Assembly (NCBI GenBank): GCA_965112155.1
Contig: OZ218103.1
Reading direction: 5' to 3' (one strand)
DNA: 64,000 bases
Source: Podarcis liolepis
Taxonomy: Eukaryota
A program made the translations under genes and the position numbers. Shown here in pieces: positions 1 through 11,808 of this stretch; position 1 is the first letter of the stretch; each line of letters starts with the position of its first letter. The notes beneath the pieces are model-generated. The model was not told where the DNA came from. It saw nothing but the letters and a program-made list of their open reading frames with translations, and did not search any database.

Positions 1-819
1 AATAGAGTGGGCTGGGGGTCAAGAGGAAGAGAAAAAGAGCTTGCTTGCCTCTATGCTGAGAATTCTCATACTTTGCATTCATTCTTTGATTTAATTTGTA
101 ACTCTTTGACCTGCTGCATACTGGTCTTGCCTCACCTTAATAAACATGCAGCCCTAAATGCCAATCTAGATATTTTACTGAAATGCAAGAGCCAATCAGA
201 GTGTAAGGAAGCACCTCTAAGCACTCTTACTGTATGTCAGAGACAGGAAAGCCTAGATTGGAGTCTGGGGTCTGGGTTCCGGCTGATCTGAGCATTCATC
301 CTGATTTGTTTGCAGTGTGCTTAGATGACATTGTATCATGCAAACATTATCCTACACTTTCCAGTCATTTTCCCCATGTACATTTCCCATGCAAGCAGTC
401 CAATATTTGGGGGGAAGAAAGTTTGTTACATAAGACCTCTAAATATATTTTTATTGCACAAACTGAGTTTGCCAGTATGTGACTGAATCCCACCCAAAAA
501 TAGCAACACTCTGGAAGTGTCCTGCATTGTGAGATTAAGTTGGTAGTCAATCAGCATAAGAGACTTGGATGGGTTGTTGGTATTATGGCAAATGCTAAAA
601 GAAATGCTAAAAGAAGCATACAAACGTGCAAGAGGCTGCTGAAGAATGTCTTAAATTGACATGCCTTTTTGCCAAGTGCTCATCAGCTGCTACTATTTCT
701 ACCAACACTTGAGAGAAAGCTATTTTGGAATTAGGCACCCACTAGCTGTACTTCTGGAAACAATTCCAGATGTGAATGTCTCTGCCTAGGTATTGTTTGT
801 AAGCCTATATTTGGTTGTA

Positions 820-1107
820 GGGATGTGGGTGGCGCTGTGGTCTAAACCACTGAGCCTCTTGGGCTTGCCTATCAGAAGGTTGGTGGTTCAAATCTGCACA
901 ATGGGGTGAGCTCCTGTTGCTCTGTCCCAGCTCCTGCCAACCTAGCAGTTTGAAAGCATGCCAATGCAAGTAGATAAATAGGTACCACTGTGGCGGGAAG
1001 GTAAACAGCATTTCCGTGCACTCTGGTTTCCGTCACGGTGTTCCCTTGCGCCAGAAGCGGTTTAGTCATGCTGGCCACACAGCCCGGATAGCTGTCTTTG
1101 CCTGTAA
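820..1107 (+). mobile_element. Sauria SINE, 3'-truncated, in the NGF intron
   Basis: Head ggatgtgggtggcgctgtggtctaaaccac, then gtgagctcc, gcaagtagataaataggtacc and gtcatgctggccac. Aligns by eye with the copies at 46322-46669 and 59328-61731. No (ACCTTT)n tail. Confidence 0.9.
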
Positions 1108-4100
1108 ATCCCTTTGGGTATGAGAAGAAAGATAACCCAAAAACTGACCCACAATGCATCATAAAAGAGACAACCAATGGAAAGGGAGATGGCTGTTATC
1201 AAGTCATAAGATCTGATGTGAAGTTTATTGGCAGAATTGAAATTATTACTTGAAGCTGTTTAAGAATGGGGGGGGGGGTATTTGTTGCTTGTAAACTGTG
1301 GCAAGACTATAGAGAAAAGGGGGGAAGCACTCAGAGAATAGGACTTTTCTAACTGCTAGTGGTGCAAGAGCTGAAGGGAGAAGATTCAGCTGCCAGACTT
1401 TCAGATTTCCTTCTCAGACACAGTCTTCTCCATCAGTTGTTTCTAGAATGTCTCCTGTATGTTTTAATTATTTTCTGCTGTAGCTTGGCTTAGCCTCTTG
1501 AACTTTGTGTACATTGCACTAGTTGCTGATTCTGACCTAATTGTAGTGTGGATTGTGCTAAGTTGATGGTTTTTAAAGTCCCTTTTTAACAAAGGTATTT
1601 CAGTGTGTGGAGAGTTGGACAGACCAGCTATTTATCTTATTGTTGTTTTGCTGATTGAATACATTTAAATGAGCTTTCAGAGATAGATAGATATAGATAT
1701 ATAAAACACAAGCTTAATGTGCATTTATAGATAAGCAATATTCAAATATTAAAGACTAACAGACTGACCCTATGCATGTTTATGTGGAAATAGGTCTTGA
1801 TACATTCAGTGGGGCTTCTGAGTAAACAGAAATAGGATCAGGGTGCAATTTGCAGCGAGCTTTCAAGCTGGTACCTTATAACAATTTCAGTCTTTCTCAA
1901 TGAAACGTTCTTTCTTTTAATAATTTTGTGTTTAAGATCTAAGGGGGAAAGAGCTTTGCTATTGGTATGAGGAAACTGATTACTATTTCATCAACAATTC
2001 AAAACTTTACTACTGGGAAAGGAAAGCCCCGCGTTTTACTAGAACAGCTCTAGCAGTATGGAGAGTTCAGTAAGTTTATACTTCAATATTCTGTATAGCG
2101 ACATGTTAAAGGCTTTTTGTGGGGAGGGGGATGCACATTGAAATATGCTCTTGCGTTTATTCATCTCAAATAAATACTTTCCCCTGTTCCATATTCACAA
2201 TTATTTTTTCTTAACAGAATTCCCAATTTACCGATTAAGGATATATTATAGAAATGGTATACAGGGTCAACACCACTCTGGTTTTGAGTGCAACAGAGTC
2301 ATTAAATTAGAAGCAGGGGTGTGTAGAAGTCATTAAATGATTTTTAATCATTTGATCAATTTTGAAATAATTGAAAGAGTATCAAACAAGATAGCGAGAC
2401 CATTTCAGTGAATTGTGTGTCCTTGAATTTTATAAAAGGGAAGATACACGAGTCCACCAATTTCAAGCTAATTATTCTTTCCAAGGATCTTTTAAAGGCT
2501 TTTCGTATTTAAGCTGATTTTTGCCATGGAAAAGTGATAAAGGGGAGGGGAGGATGCAAAAAACAGGATTCCAGTTGTGGCAAAGCACCACTGGGAGGGG
2601 ACCAAGGTTTTCCTCGGAAATGGGTGGAGAGAGACAAAACTTGTTCTTCTGCTTGTTCTTCAGACAACAAAATGCTTTGGGACAGCCATGATTACATTGC
2701 AATACATGCAATTAGTTAATTACGGCAATGGAAGCTTATCCAGTTGGCATTACCATATGCCAGACTGTATTTTCTCCCTGTTGATAAAACTGAAATTTTT
2801 CATGCTGAAGCCATTGTGAAATCCTACTTGATAAAACTTACAATGAGATATGCTTGCAAGCTATGCCTGCCGTTGGCATTATTGCTCTCCTTGAAGATAG
2901 ATGCATCTGTGAACAGCATGCTCTGTGAATATTAATAAAACTTCTTACCAAGAAACAATAGTGCTATAGGGCCTATGAATGGAAGAACAGAAATGACCTT
3001 TGATGTGGTCCCCATACTGAAGTGTACTCATTGCAGATGATGCACAGAACTGTGCCAGCTTGAAACTCCATGTGACAATCATACCTGACCTGTGTCCTTG
3101 CTTTTTAATTCTTCCTCTTTCCTCTGTCAATCTATTTCATCAACAAGAATATCCAATTTGACTTTTTTAATGTTAGGAAGCTGATGTAGAAGCAAATACC
3201 CTAATACTATTTAACTATGCAATAAAAAAACCCAAAGGAAGGGAGATAAATCCTTCCTTGAATGTTGCTACAGTTCAAAGCAGCAAATCTGCCCATGTAT
3301 TTAACCCCAAACAGCATTTTATGGCTATCCCTAACCTCCTTTTTCCTATTCAGAAGGGAGTTACATACCAAGGTATTGTATTTAAACAACAAAGGTGGAG
3401 ATGCTACTATGTGCTAGAGTCTGCATTTTGTTGTGCAAACCTTTTTTCATTAGCATCCCTATTGACATCAGAAAACTCGTTTGAGCTGTCCTGACACATC
3501 TGACTTTAATTTCAATGGTTCATGAAATGGGGCCTGCGTATTCCTGCAGTATATGGCTGGTGTGCTTCATTTGCCCTTGCCCAAGAAGCATCTGTCACTT
3601 CCTGCCACACAGCACAGGGCTTCACTCTGGGTCTAAACATGATTTGAGGTGTGCCAGAGAGCTCTGGCTAATGAGTGCCCTTTGTCTAGGAGGGCTTTGC
3701 AACTGATGCCTAGTATCAGAGTCTGAACCATTTCCTTATGAGAGCTTGAGACATTTGTCCACTCAGTATATTCAGCCAAAACACGACAAAAAGAAGGGGA
3801 AATCAATCTTGACAACACTTACTCAGTTTACATTTGTTACATGCATTTCAACTCCCTGAAATCAATGCCCTTAAGCAGCCTAAATTGTGGGTTGACTTGT
3901 TTATTACTCTTTTCTCTGGCTTTCGACATTTGAGGTGTATATTTTTAGGACCCTCCATTCTTTTGTGACTGCAGGTTGTTCCAAACAGTTTTTAATATTG
4001 TGTTTTCATGTTGTAACCTGCCCTGGGAGTTTAAAGCGAAGTGTTGGTAATAAATTAATAATAACATCATAATATATTAATGCTTCATTACTGACAAAAC

Positions 4101-4285
4101 TGACAAATGTAGATGGGTTGATGGTCAGGTCAGGGCTTATATATTGATTTTAATTTCAGTATATCAGTTTTTTTGCAAGTTTCTTACATGTTATTTGGAT
4201 ATATTTTTAGGAAGCTGATTATGTCCATACTGCGTGTCTAGTATCTTGTTTGGAAATATACCAGTTCTGGCCTCCCTGTGGAAAT

Positions 4286-4549
4286 ATTTAATTTAATTTC
4301 ATTTAATTTATTAAATTTGTATACCACCCTTCATCCGAAGATCTCAGGGCAGTTCACAGCATAAAAATGCAAAATAAAAACACAAAATACATAATAAAAA
4401 TGAAAACAAAACCATAAGCCCCTCTCCCACAAATTTAAACACATTTAAAAGGACATGGAATGTTAATCAGCCCTTCAAGGCCTGGTTGAAGAGAAACATT
4501 TTCACCTGGCATCTAAAGATGTATAACGAAGGTGCCAAGCAAGCCTCCT
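4286..4549 (-). mobile_element. L2-type LINE 3' fragment
   Basis: AT-rich tail followed by ttgtataccacccttcatccgaagatctcagggcagttcacagcataa, the reverse-complemented L2 3' stem. A shorter homologous piece lies at ~6853-6914. Confidence 0.7.
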
Positions 4550-4970
4550 TTAGCCATGTTTGCTATCTTTGTGGCTCATTCCAATCTAGGAGAAGAAAAT
4601 AATTCTTGTGAGACAGATAAATATCTTTCTCCAAAGGTTCCCATGTAACCAGCGGAGAGTCTTGCCAGGAGCAGCACTCCGCATTAAAGCCCCCAAACAA
4701 TGGCTCTATAAGTCATCTCCTAATAACAAAAACCACAGGAATTAACAATAACCCAGTTATGATTTCCTAGTGTTCCCACTTTATGAAGCACATCACTGCT
4801 ATGTGAGTTAGTCTTTCTGAAAGGAGTGGGGAGGAAAGCCACATCTGGCATCCACATGCAAGGCCTTCGTGAAGAAGAAGAAATATTTTAACAGTGCACT
4901 TTCATTGGGACTGCCTTATCAGCACATATCTATTGACTAGGCTTGAAATGGAACCTTTTGCATGTCGCCC

Positions 4971-5015
4971 TTTTTTTTTTGCTCACAGTAATGTTCCTGG
5001 TCTGTTCTCTCCTAG
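4971..5015 (+). other. NGF: 3' splice-acceptor region of the last NGF intron
   Basis: Pyrimidine tract tctgttctctcctAG (AG at 5014-5015) directly before the conserved exon start. A second AG at 4987-4988 follows a T10 tract. Confidence 0.9.
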
Positions 5016-5027
5016 GTGCATAGCGTA

Positions 5028-5759
5028 ATGTCCATGCTGTGCTACACTCTGATTATAGCATTTCTGATCGGCGTACGGGCAGCACCAAAAACTGAAGATA
5101 ATGCACCACTGGGGTCTCCTGCAACATCTGGCATTTCTGAAAGCAGACGGACTAAAACACACCACATTATGAAAACGTCTCAGCACAGAGACCACAGCCA
5201 GCCTGTTACTGGGAAGGTAGTGAACAGGAAATCCGGGCAAGCTGCAAGCATCATAGTGGATCCAAAGCTTTTTCAGAAGAGGAGGTTCCAGTCACCTCGG
5301 GTTTTGTTCAGCACTCAGCCTCCACCTTTGGCAAGGGATGGGCTGAGTGTGGAGTTCCTAGACAGCACAGACTCTACGAACAGGACGATCCGAGCCAAGC
5401 GCGCAGCTCACCCTGTGCACAACCGAGGAGAGTACTCTGTGTGCGACAGTGTTAGTGTGTGGGTTGCCAACAAAACCACAGCGACAGACATTAAAGGCAA
5501 AGAGGTGACTGTGGTGGTGGACGTAAACTATAACAACTACCCTTACAAACAGTACTTTTTCGAGACCAAGTGCAGAGACCCTAAGCCGGTGTCCAGTGGG
5601 TGCAGAGGCATTGATGCCAGGCATTGGAATTCCTACTGCACCACCACACACACCTTTGTCAAGGCACTGACAATGGATGGCAAGCAGGCAGCTTGGCGCT
5701 TCATTCGGATTGACACTGCCTGCGTATGCGTAATCAGTAGGAAAACAGAGAACCTCTGA
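5028..5759 (+). CDS. NGF: Beta nerve growth factor precursor (prepro-NGF, 243 aa), encoded entirely in the last exon; mature NGF starts at 5403 (118 aa)
   Basis: Signal peptide [15 protein letters not shown], pro-domain motifs [19 protein letters not shown] and NRT, furin site RAKR (5391-5402), and mature cystine-knot domain GEYSVCDS...KQYFFETKC...GCRGID..HWNSYC...[12 protein letters not shown] with six Cys. The ORF-track start at 5016 is GTG just after the splice acceptor (cctag|GTGCATAGCGTAATG, the typical NGF last-exon start), so VHSV belongs only to longer spliced precursors. Confidence 0.99.
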   Translation: MSMLCYTLIIAFLIGVRAAPKTEDNAPLGSPATSGISESRRTKTHHIMKTSQHRDHSQPVTGKVVNRKSGQAASIIVDPKLFQKRRFQSPRVLFSTQPPPLARDGLSVEFLDSTDSTNRTIRAKRAAHPVHNRGEYSVCDSVSVWVANKTTATDIKGKEVTVVVDVNYNNYPYKQYFFETKCRDPKPVSSGCRGIDARHWNSYCTTTHTFVKALTMDGKQAAWRFIRIDTACVCVISRKTENL

Positions 5760-5914
5760 GATAGACCAACCCTCCATCTTATACCCACCTCCTCCCAGCC
5801 CCCTACCTCAGCCTGTAAATTATTTTAAGTTATGAGGACTCTATGGTATATTTATAGTTTATACAGTAAAGAAATGAATCCTCATTATTTATTAAAATCT
5901 TTTGAAACTGCTAA
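5760..5914 (+). terminator. NGF: NGF short 3' UTR with AU-rich elements and ATTAAA poly(A) signal (5891-5896)
   Basis: Contains ccctacctcagcctgtaaattattttaa...tttatagtttatacag...attatttattaaa, which resembles the mammalian NGF 3' UTR as I recall it. ATTTA at 5850, TTATTTATT at 5885-5893, GU/U-rich element tgtggtgtatattttt from ~5915. The cleavage site is approximate. Confidence 0.8.
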
Positions 5915-6408
5915 TGTGGTGTATATTTTAATGGCATCTCTTTCCTTTTAAAACAGGAGCTTTTTTCCCTTTCTTTTTTTACAATTTTGTCAGCCGCAAC
6001 TTTCCCTTTTAACATGATTGCCATAGCAAGATTTTGAAAATGGAATACTTTGCCTTTTTGCCTTCCACATCCTGATTTATCACGAAACAGCAGTTTTTGT
6101 GCGTGACATTCTATAGTCTTGAAATAGACAAAAAACAAAAGCTGTCATATTAGTCCATTGGAAGAATTCTAGATATCCTTCAGCTCCTCATCCAAGCCAA
6201 AATTAAACCCAAGTAAGCGAACCCAGATATTTTAATATTTGCATTCAATCAGGCCACATATCAGAAGATACATAATTCTGCACCTTCAGTCATTCCGTAG
6301 TGGTCTTCATGTTTATACATCCTCATAGATTTCAGCTGACATCTTACAAAGCTTATTTAAAATCATCAGTTTTCACCATCTTTCATTGTGCCTGTTTACC
6401 TATTAGAA

Positions 6409-6544
6409 CAGGCATCCCCAACCTGCAGGCCTCCAGATGTTTTGGCCTACAACTCCCATGATCCCTAGCTAACAGGACCAGTGGTCAGGGATGATGGGAA
6501 ATGTAGTCCAAAACATCTGGAGGGCCGAAGGTTGGGGATGTCTG
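6409..6544. mobile_element. Palindromic hAT-type MITE
   Basis: TIRs caggcatccccaacct / aggttggggatgtctg. 8-bp TSD tattagaa (6401-6408) / ttttagaa (6545-6552). Internal inverted ctccagatgttttgg / ccaaaacatctggag. Confidence 0.9.
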
Positions 6545-7023
6545 TTTTAGAAGGTAAAAACCTTTTTATTTAAGTTGGTTGGTGATGCCCTTTTAAAGGA
6601 AACAATTGAGCAAATATTTTGTAATAAGAAAAATTATCTAGTTTGCAATATGCAATGAAACCACCAGTCTTTTCTACATTTCATTTGGGTCAACTGCAGC
6701 TAAAATTAAGACAGGTCCTAATCAAGCTCGATTTAGTTCTAATGAAGTCCCATTCAAACTAACATGAGTGATGAATTATTTGTCTGTTGCATTCAATGGG
6801 ACATGCAGTCAAATCTATTTTTACTCCAAAGCAGGCCTTACTGATTTTATTCATTTATTTTAATAAATTTGTATACCGCCTTTATCCAAAGATCCCGGGG
6901 CGGTTCACAGCATAATGGGATATGCACAATATTATATGCATCATCATTTTAATGTGATATGCTCCGAAATAAGTGTACATAGAATTACTATCTGACAGCA
7001 CATGCCTAATGATGTCCATTGGC

Positions 7024-7222
7024 AAAGGGCTGCAACTCAGTGGTAGAACATCTATCTGCCTTGCATGCCGGAGATCCCAGGTCTAATCCACAGCAACTTC
7101 TGGCAGGGCTAGGAGAGAATCCTGCCTGAAACTCTGGAGAAGCACTGCCAGTCAGTGCAGACTGTAGTGAGCTAGATGGACCAATGTTCTGCTTCATTGT
7201 AAGGTGGCTTCCTATGTTCTTA
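7024..7222 (+). mobile_element. tRNA-derived SINE with CR1-like 3' part (Squam3-like)
   Basis: tRNA-like head gctgcaactcagtggtagaacat...cccaggtctaatcc, body cctgcctgaaactctggagaagcactgccagtcagtg...gagctagatggaccaatg, tail gcttcctatgttc. Related copies at 30699-30828, 43856-44045 and 63347-63652. Confidence 0.75.
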
Positions 7223-9481
7223 GTCCCAAGTCAGTGGGTATATGCACAATGAATTTGTATGTTGCAACCTGCTCTGAGATCCTCTTTATAATGTAGGGTG
7301 GAATATCCATTTTGCTTAATAAGCAGCTAAAATGGCTTATCTGGATTGGGACAAATGTAGATAGGAATTGATTGGCAGTTCTGTTGGATTAACCTGAATA
7401 CAGTTTATCATGCAAAGCTTTTAGGGCTGGAAGGTGGGAAGATCTGAAACAATCTTTCTCTGATCATGACCAATTTTTTAAAAAAACACAAAGTTCTAGT
7501 GGATGCTTCAGACACCCACTTTCTTCTGCAGTCACAATAACAAAAAAAAGCACACAATATTAATGGCATTTAGGAATGCATCTATGTATACAGCATCCTG
7601 GTGCTTCTGAATAAAATGATACTCAAGCTGCCCAGCAGTTTTTACTAAATGAGACACTATTCATGCAATTAGCAGACGTCAGGTTCTAGGGGTGGAGGGA
7701 TTTGGGTCAGGCCCTAACATTCAGGGTTACAAGGTTTTAAGCCTTTGCTCCCTTTTGTGGTCCCAACCCAGACACTATTTGCATCAGAGGGGAGAAGCTC
7801 CCATTTGAACATTGCTGGTGTGTGCAGTAGGGGATAGAGAGGAAGAGGAAGCAATTCAGATTGGGACCATAACAGGGAACATAGGGTTAATCTTCATGCC
7901 AGGACCCTGATCTAGACCACCACCAGTTTGCATCTGTGATTTGCTTTTTAAAAGCTACACACACAATTACTAATTGCTTGAATGCTCCTCAGAGACTAAA
8001 TGAACTTGAGTGCTTCAGTGAGAGCAGCCAAAAGCTGTAAGATTGTCTGGAGAAGTTAAGAACCTTATTCTGTTTGTACAAGAGCATTTATGGATTGGGT
8101 GACAAAAATGTTACTATGATTGATAATCTTCTTTTATTTAAAAGGATGGGCCTTCAAGCATTTTTCTTCCTACCATAGCTGTAAAAACGCAGATGGCTTC
8201 CTTTTGCCAGCTAATAATGGGGATGGAAATGAGTATGTTTACACAGGTTTTTTGTTCTTTTTAAAGAGCATTTTGGCCATTTTAAGGTAATATAATCCAA
8301 GAGAAACCCTTCTTTTCCTGGTGCCTTTGCTCCCACGCTGGAGAGACAGCTTGTTCAGCTTGAAGACCTCCACAGTGTAGCCTTTGGGCTTAGACCTATA
8401 ATGTGTGTTCCAGCCCATAGGGGCTGCAAAGAATAAAAATCTTCATAGTTCTCTTGTTTTCTTTGAAAAAGCAACTGCTGTCTGTTCAACAAACCAGTTC
8501 AAGATAAATATCACACAAACTCTTTAAGTTATAAACTCTTTCAGAACTCAGGAGAGCAACTACTTTCAGCTCCCTTTTTTCTACTTGCACACTTATTTCC
8601 CATCTTATTGTTCCCACCTATAGCCAAGACAAAGGATCTCTGCAGGACAGTGTTTCTGTTCTAAGAATAGTTGTGTTTTAGAGGGGAGGAAACAGCAATT
8701 CAGCTTTTACAACCACATTGGTATTTTCAGCAAGTCACAATCTTATCCTTGGCTCTTATGCGTGTACTGTAAGCAAGAACTGTCCAAATTCAGACAAAAA
8801 TGTGCTTTGCCAGATATTTCCACTTGCTGCGTTGCTAGTCTGGTGGATGGGTCCTGGGCAGTAGCTAGTTTGGTTTGAAAGTCTGTTTCAAAAGAGAAAT
8901 GGAGGGTAGATGGGATAAGTCCCAGGGTATGGTCTGAAGCCATGTGAAGCCATCACCTTACTGATAGTAGTGGTCAGTGTGGTGAAGCAGATCTGCCTTT
9001 CTGACACCACTACTGCTAACCTGAATAGGGCTGGGGCTGGGACAGGGCAGTGGCTGAGGCTACTTGAACGCCCTGGTGGAGCCAATCTCATGCTTGTGCC
9101 AGTGCACCTGAGCATCCTGACCACCAGTCCCATCCAGGTAATCTACAGCAATGCTGATGTTGGGAGAGGGGTTCTGCAGCTGTGCCCCACAACACTGGGT
9201 GCTACTGCCAGTCTGGTTAGTGGCTGGAAAGGTGACCACCTAGGAACCTAGGAACCACAAATATACTACATTGGGTTCCATGATGGAAGAAAAATGGCAA
9301 ATAATTGTAAGAAAATTAAGTCCATAACTCCTGCCCCTCCAAATATACTTTCAGCATGTCCCATTGATATAGTTGCTGCTCCCTTTCATGGCCCTCTTTC
9401 ATCCAGCATCATGCCTCCAAGGGCCAGATTTGGCTTAGGAGCTTCCAGTTACTGATCCCTAAGCTGTACAGTGCACAAAGG

Positions 9482-10075
9482 CATAGAATGATAGAATCTT
9501 AGAGTTGGAAGGGACCCAAGCGTCATCTAGTCCAACCCCCTGAAATGCAGAAATCTCAGCTAAAGCAGCCATGGCAGATGGCCATCCAACCACTGCTTAA
9601 AAACTTCCAAGGAAGGAGAGTCCACCACCTCTCGTGGGAGGCCTTTCCACTGCCGAGCAGCTCTTACTGTCAGAAAGTTTTTCCTAACGTTTAGTCGGAA
9701 TCTCCTTTCTTGTCATTTCAAGTCCTACCCTCCAGAGCAGGAGAAAAAAAGCACGCTCCCTCTTTCCATGTGACAGCCCTTAAGATATTTGAAGATGGCT
9801 ATTATATCTCCTCTCAGTCTCCTCTTTTCCAGCCTAAACATACCCAGCTCCTAAAAGTCCTCCCCATAAGGCTTAGTTTCCAGACCCTTGATCATCCTGG
9901 TCGCCCTCCTTTGTACACGCTCCAGCTTGTCAACATCCTTCTTAAATTGTGATGCCCAGAATTGGACACAGTATTCCAGGTGTGGTCTGACCAAGGCAGA
10001 ATAGAGTGATACTATTACTTCCCTTGATCTGAACACTAGACTTCTGTTGATGCAGCCTAGAATAGCATTAGCTCC

Positions 10076-10106
<31 letters not shown>

Positions 10107-10468
10107 GCTGCTGCTGCATCACACTGTTGACTCATGTTAAGCTTGTGGTCCACCAAGACGCCTAGATCCTTTTCACGTGTACAGCTAGTAAGCCAGGTGC
10201 CCCCCATCCTATATTTGTGCATCTGGTTCTTCCTGCCCAAGTGCAGAACCTTACATTTGTCCCTTTTGAAATTCATTTTGTTAGCTTACACCCAGTTCTC
10301 CAATCTGTTAAATTTATTTTGAATTCTGATTCTGTCTTGTGCAGCATTAGCTTCCCCTCCCAGTTTGGTGTCATCTGCGAATTTGATGAGCATCCCCTCA
10401 ATTCCTTCATCCAAGTCATTTATAAAGATGTTGAACAACAACAGGCGCAGGATCAGAACCCTGTTGCA
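9482..10468 (-). mobile_element. CR1 LINE, 5'-truncated (C-terminal RT region plus 3' UTR)
   Basis: (CATAGAAT)n-like tail at 9482. The minus strand encodes [10 protein letters not shown] (~10363-10393) and [11 protein letters not shown]...[12 protein letters not shown]...[13 protein letters not shown] (ORF 9851-10276). Homologous to the CR1 at 59479-61184. Confidence 0.96.
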
Positions 10469-10492
10469 GGTGCCTTGTGCTGCTGCTGCTAT

Positions 10493-10553
10493 CTATTCTA
10501 TTCTATTCTATTCTATTCTATTCTATTCTATTCTATTCTATTCTATTCTATTC
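10493..10553. repeat. (CTATT)n pentanucleotide microsatellite, ~12 units
   Basis: Directly visible. Confidence 0.98.
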
Positions 10554-10952
10554 ATCATGATGATTTTGTTTCTCAAAGAAACATCCAGGCTGAAGTTTCA
10601 AAAGGCTGTAATTTTGGCCCTGATTTGGGTGTGACAGTAGAGTAAAACCACTGCTCATATTTTGCATGTTGGCTAGACCTTTCTGGTGGGACAGCTCATT
10701 GGAGTGCTTCAAAGCTCCAGCAGGCCTGTGGTGGTTTTAAACTTACCAGAATGCCCCATTCTGAACAACAAAGGGGGTGTCACAAAATGGCAGCCTCCAC
10801 AAGTGGCATTTTGGGAAATCTGAAATGGCTGTAATTTAACAACTAATGCAAAAGTAAGGGTTTTGGCTGAGTGATGAACCTTAATCTCCCTGGCCCGATA
10901 TGACATGCTGCTTGCTCACCTGTGTGCATTCTTGGCTGTGCTACCTGTTCCA

Positions 10953-10955
<3 letters not shown>

Positions 10956-10985
<30 letters not shown>
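10956..10985. repeat. (CT)15 microsatellite
   Basis: Directly visible. Confidence 0.98.
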
Positions 10986-10987
<2 letters not shown>

Positions 10988-11790
10988 TTGTGTTTCTTTC
11001 CAGTACAAGGTGGATAAATCTATTGCTCCTAGCTCATTTGTACTAATGGGCTGCTTTTTGAGTATTTGTAGTTTATACATGCAAAGAGCAGACTGGAATT
11101 ATTTTGTCAGTAAGCATCTCTCAGCCTGCCATAATAAGCAACATGCTTAGACATTTACTCAAGAGTAACTTCCCTTAGGTAGGCACTCCAGTTGGCGCCC
11201 TTCCTCACCAGCAGATCCTAGCAACAATCTCACTTTATTCCATTTATGGCTTTGTTAGTCTCATTCCCAAAGTATAAAGAAAATTTAGTACAGCAGACTG
11301 CAAAAGCCCTTGCCAGTGAATCTGTTGACATGCTTACTTGCTCATGTAATGGGTTGCTTGTCAGCTTCCAGACTGAAATCACAGGCTAGGATGCTTAACT
11401 GCAAAGGCAGTTCATTTCAAGCAGCAACCTTGTAAGCTTAGCATGTCTGCCTGTAGTCTAGGCAGGTACTGGAAGGAACAGAAATACCTGTCCAAGGAAG
11501 TATTCACTGGCTGTCACAAACCCCTGAAGCTGAATCTGGGACACGACCCTGGACATGGCTGAAAAAGTAAAATGGTTGAAATTTTAAGGCTCAGCCTTCT
11601 ACAGGATTAAGCATACAATTTGGGTGGTGCATGTAGTGGGTGGTGCTTTTCAAACATTAGGCTTCCTGCATGGAGCACACTCTTGTGAAAGAGCTTCTCA
11701 GCAGCTCCCACACTAGGGTTGTAACAACATTTAATTTGGCCCCAGACAGATTCTGACTTGGGGAGCTGAGACAAAGCAATCACTGCTTTT

Positions 11791-11808
11791 CAGCACCCTC
11801 TAGTGGCA
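11791..11808 (-). promoter_or_regulatory. Candidate CTCF binding site
   Basis: Minus strand reads TGCCACTAGAGGGTGCTG, close to the CTCF core consensus CCACYAGRGGGCRC. Motif match only. Confidence 0.5.

Noticed and set aside
1-4970. Upstream NGF exons
   Set aside because: No segment resembling the known upstream NGF exons with matching splice sites was recognised. They probably lie 5' of the window.
5358-5777. 139-aa antisense ORF (and 4983-5240) over NGF
   Set aside because: Shadow ORFs of the NGF coding strand, with no recognisable domain.
7024-7095. tRNA-like sequence
   Set aside because: Degenerate SINE head continuing into the SINE body. No intact cloverleaf.
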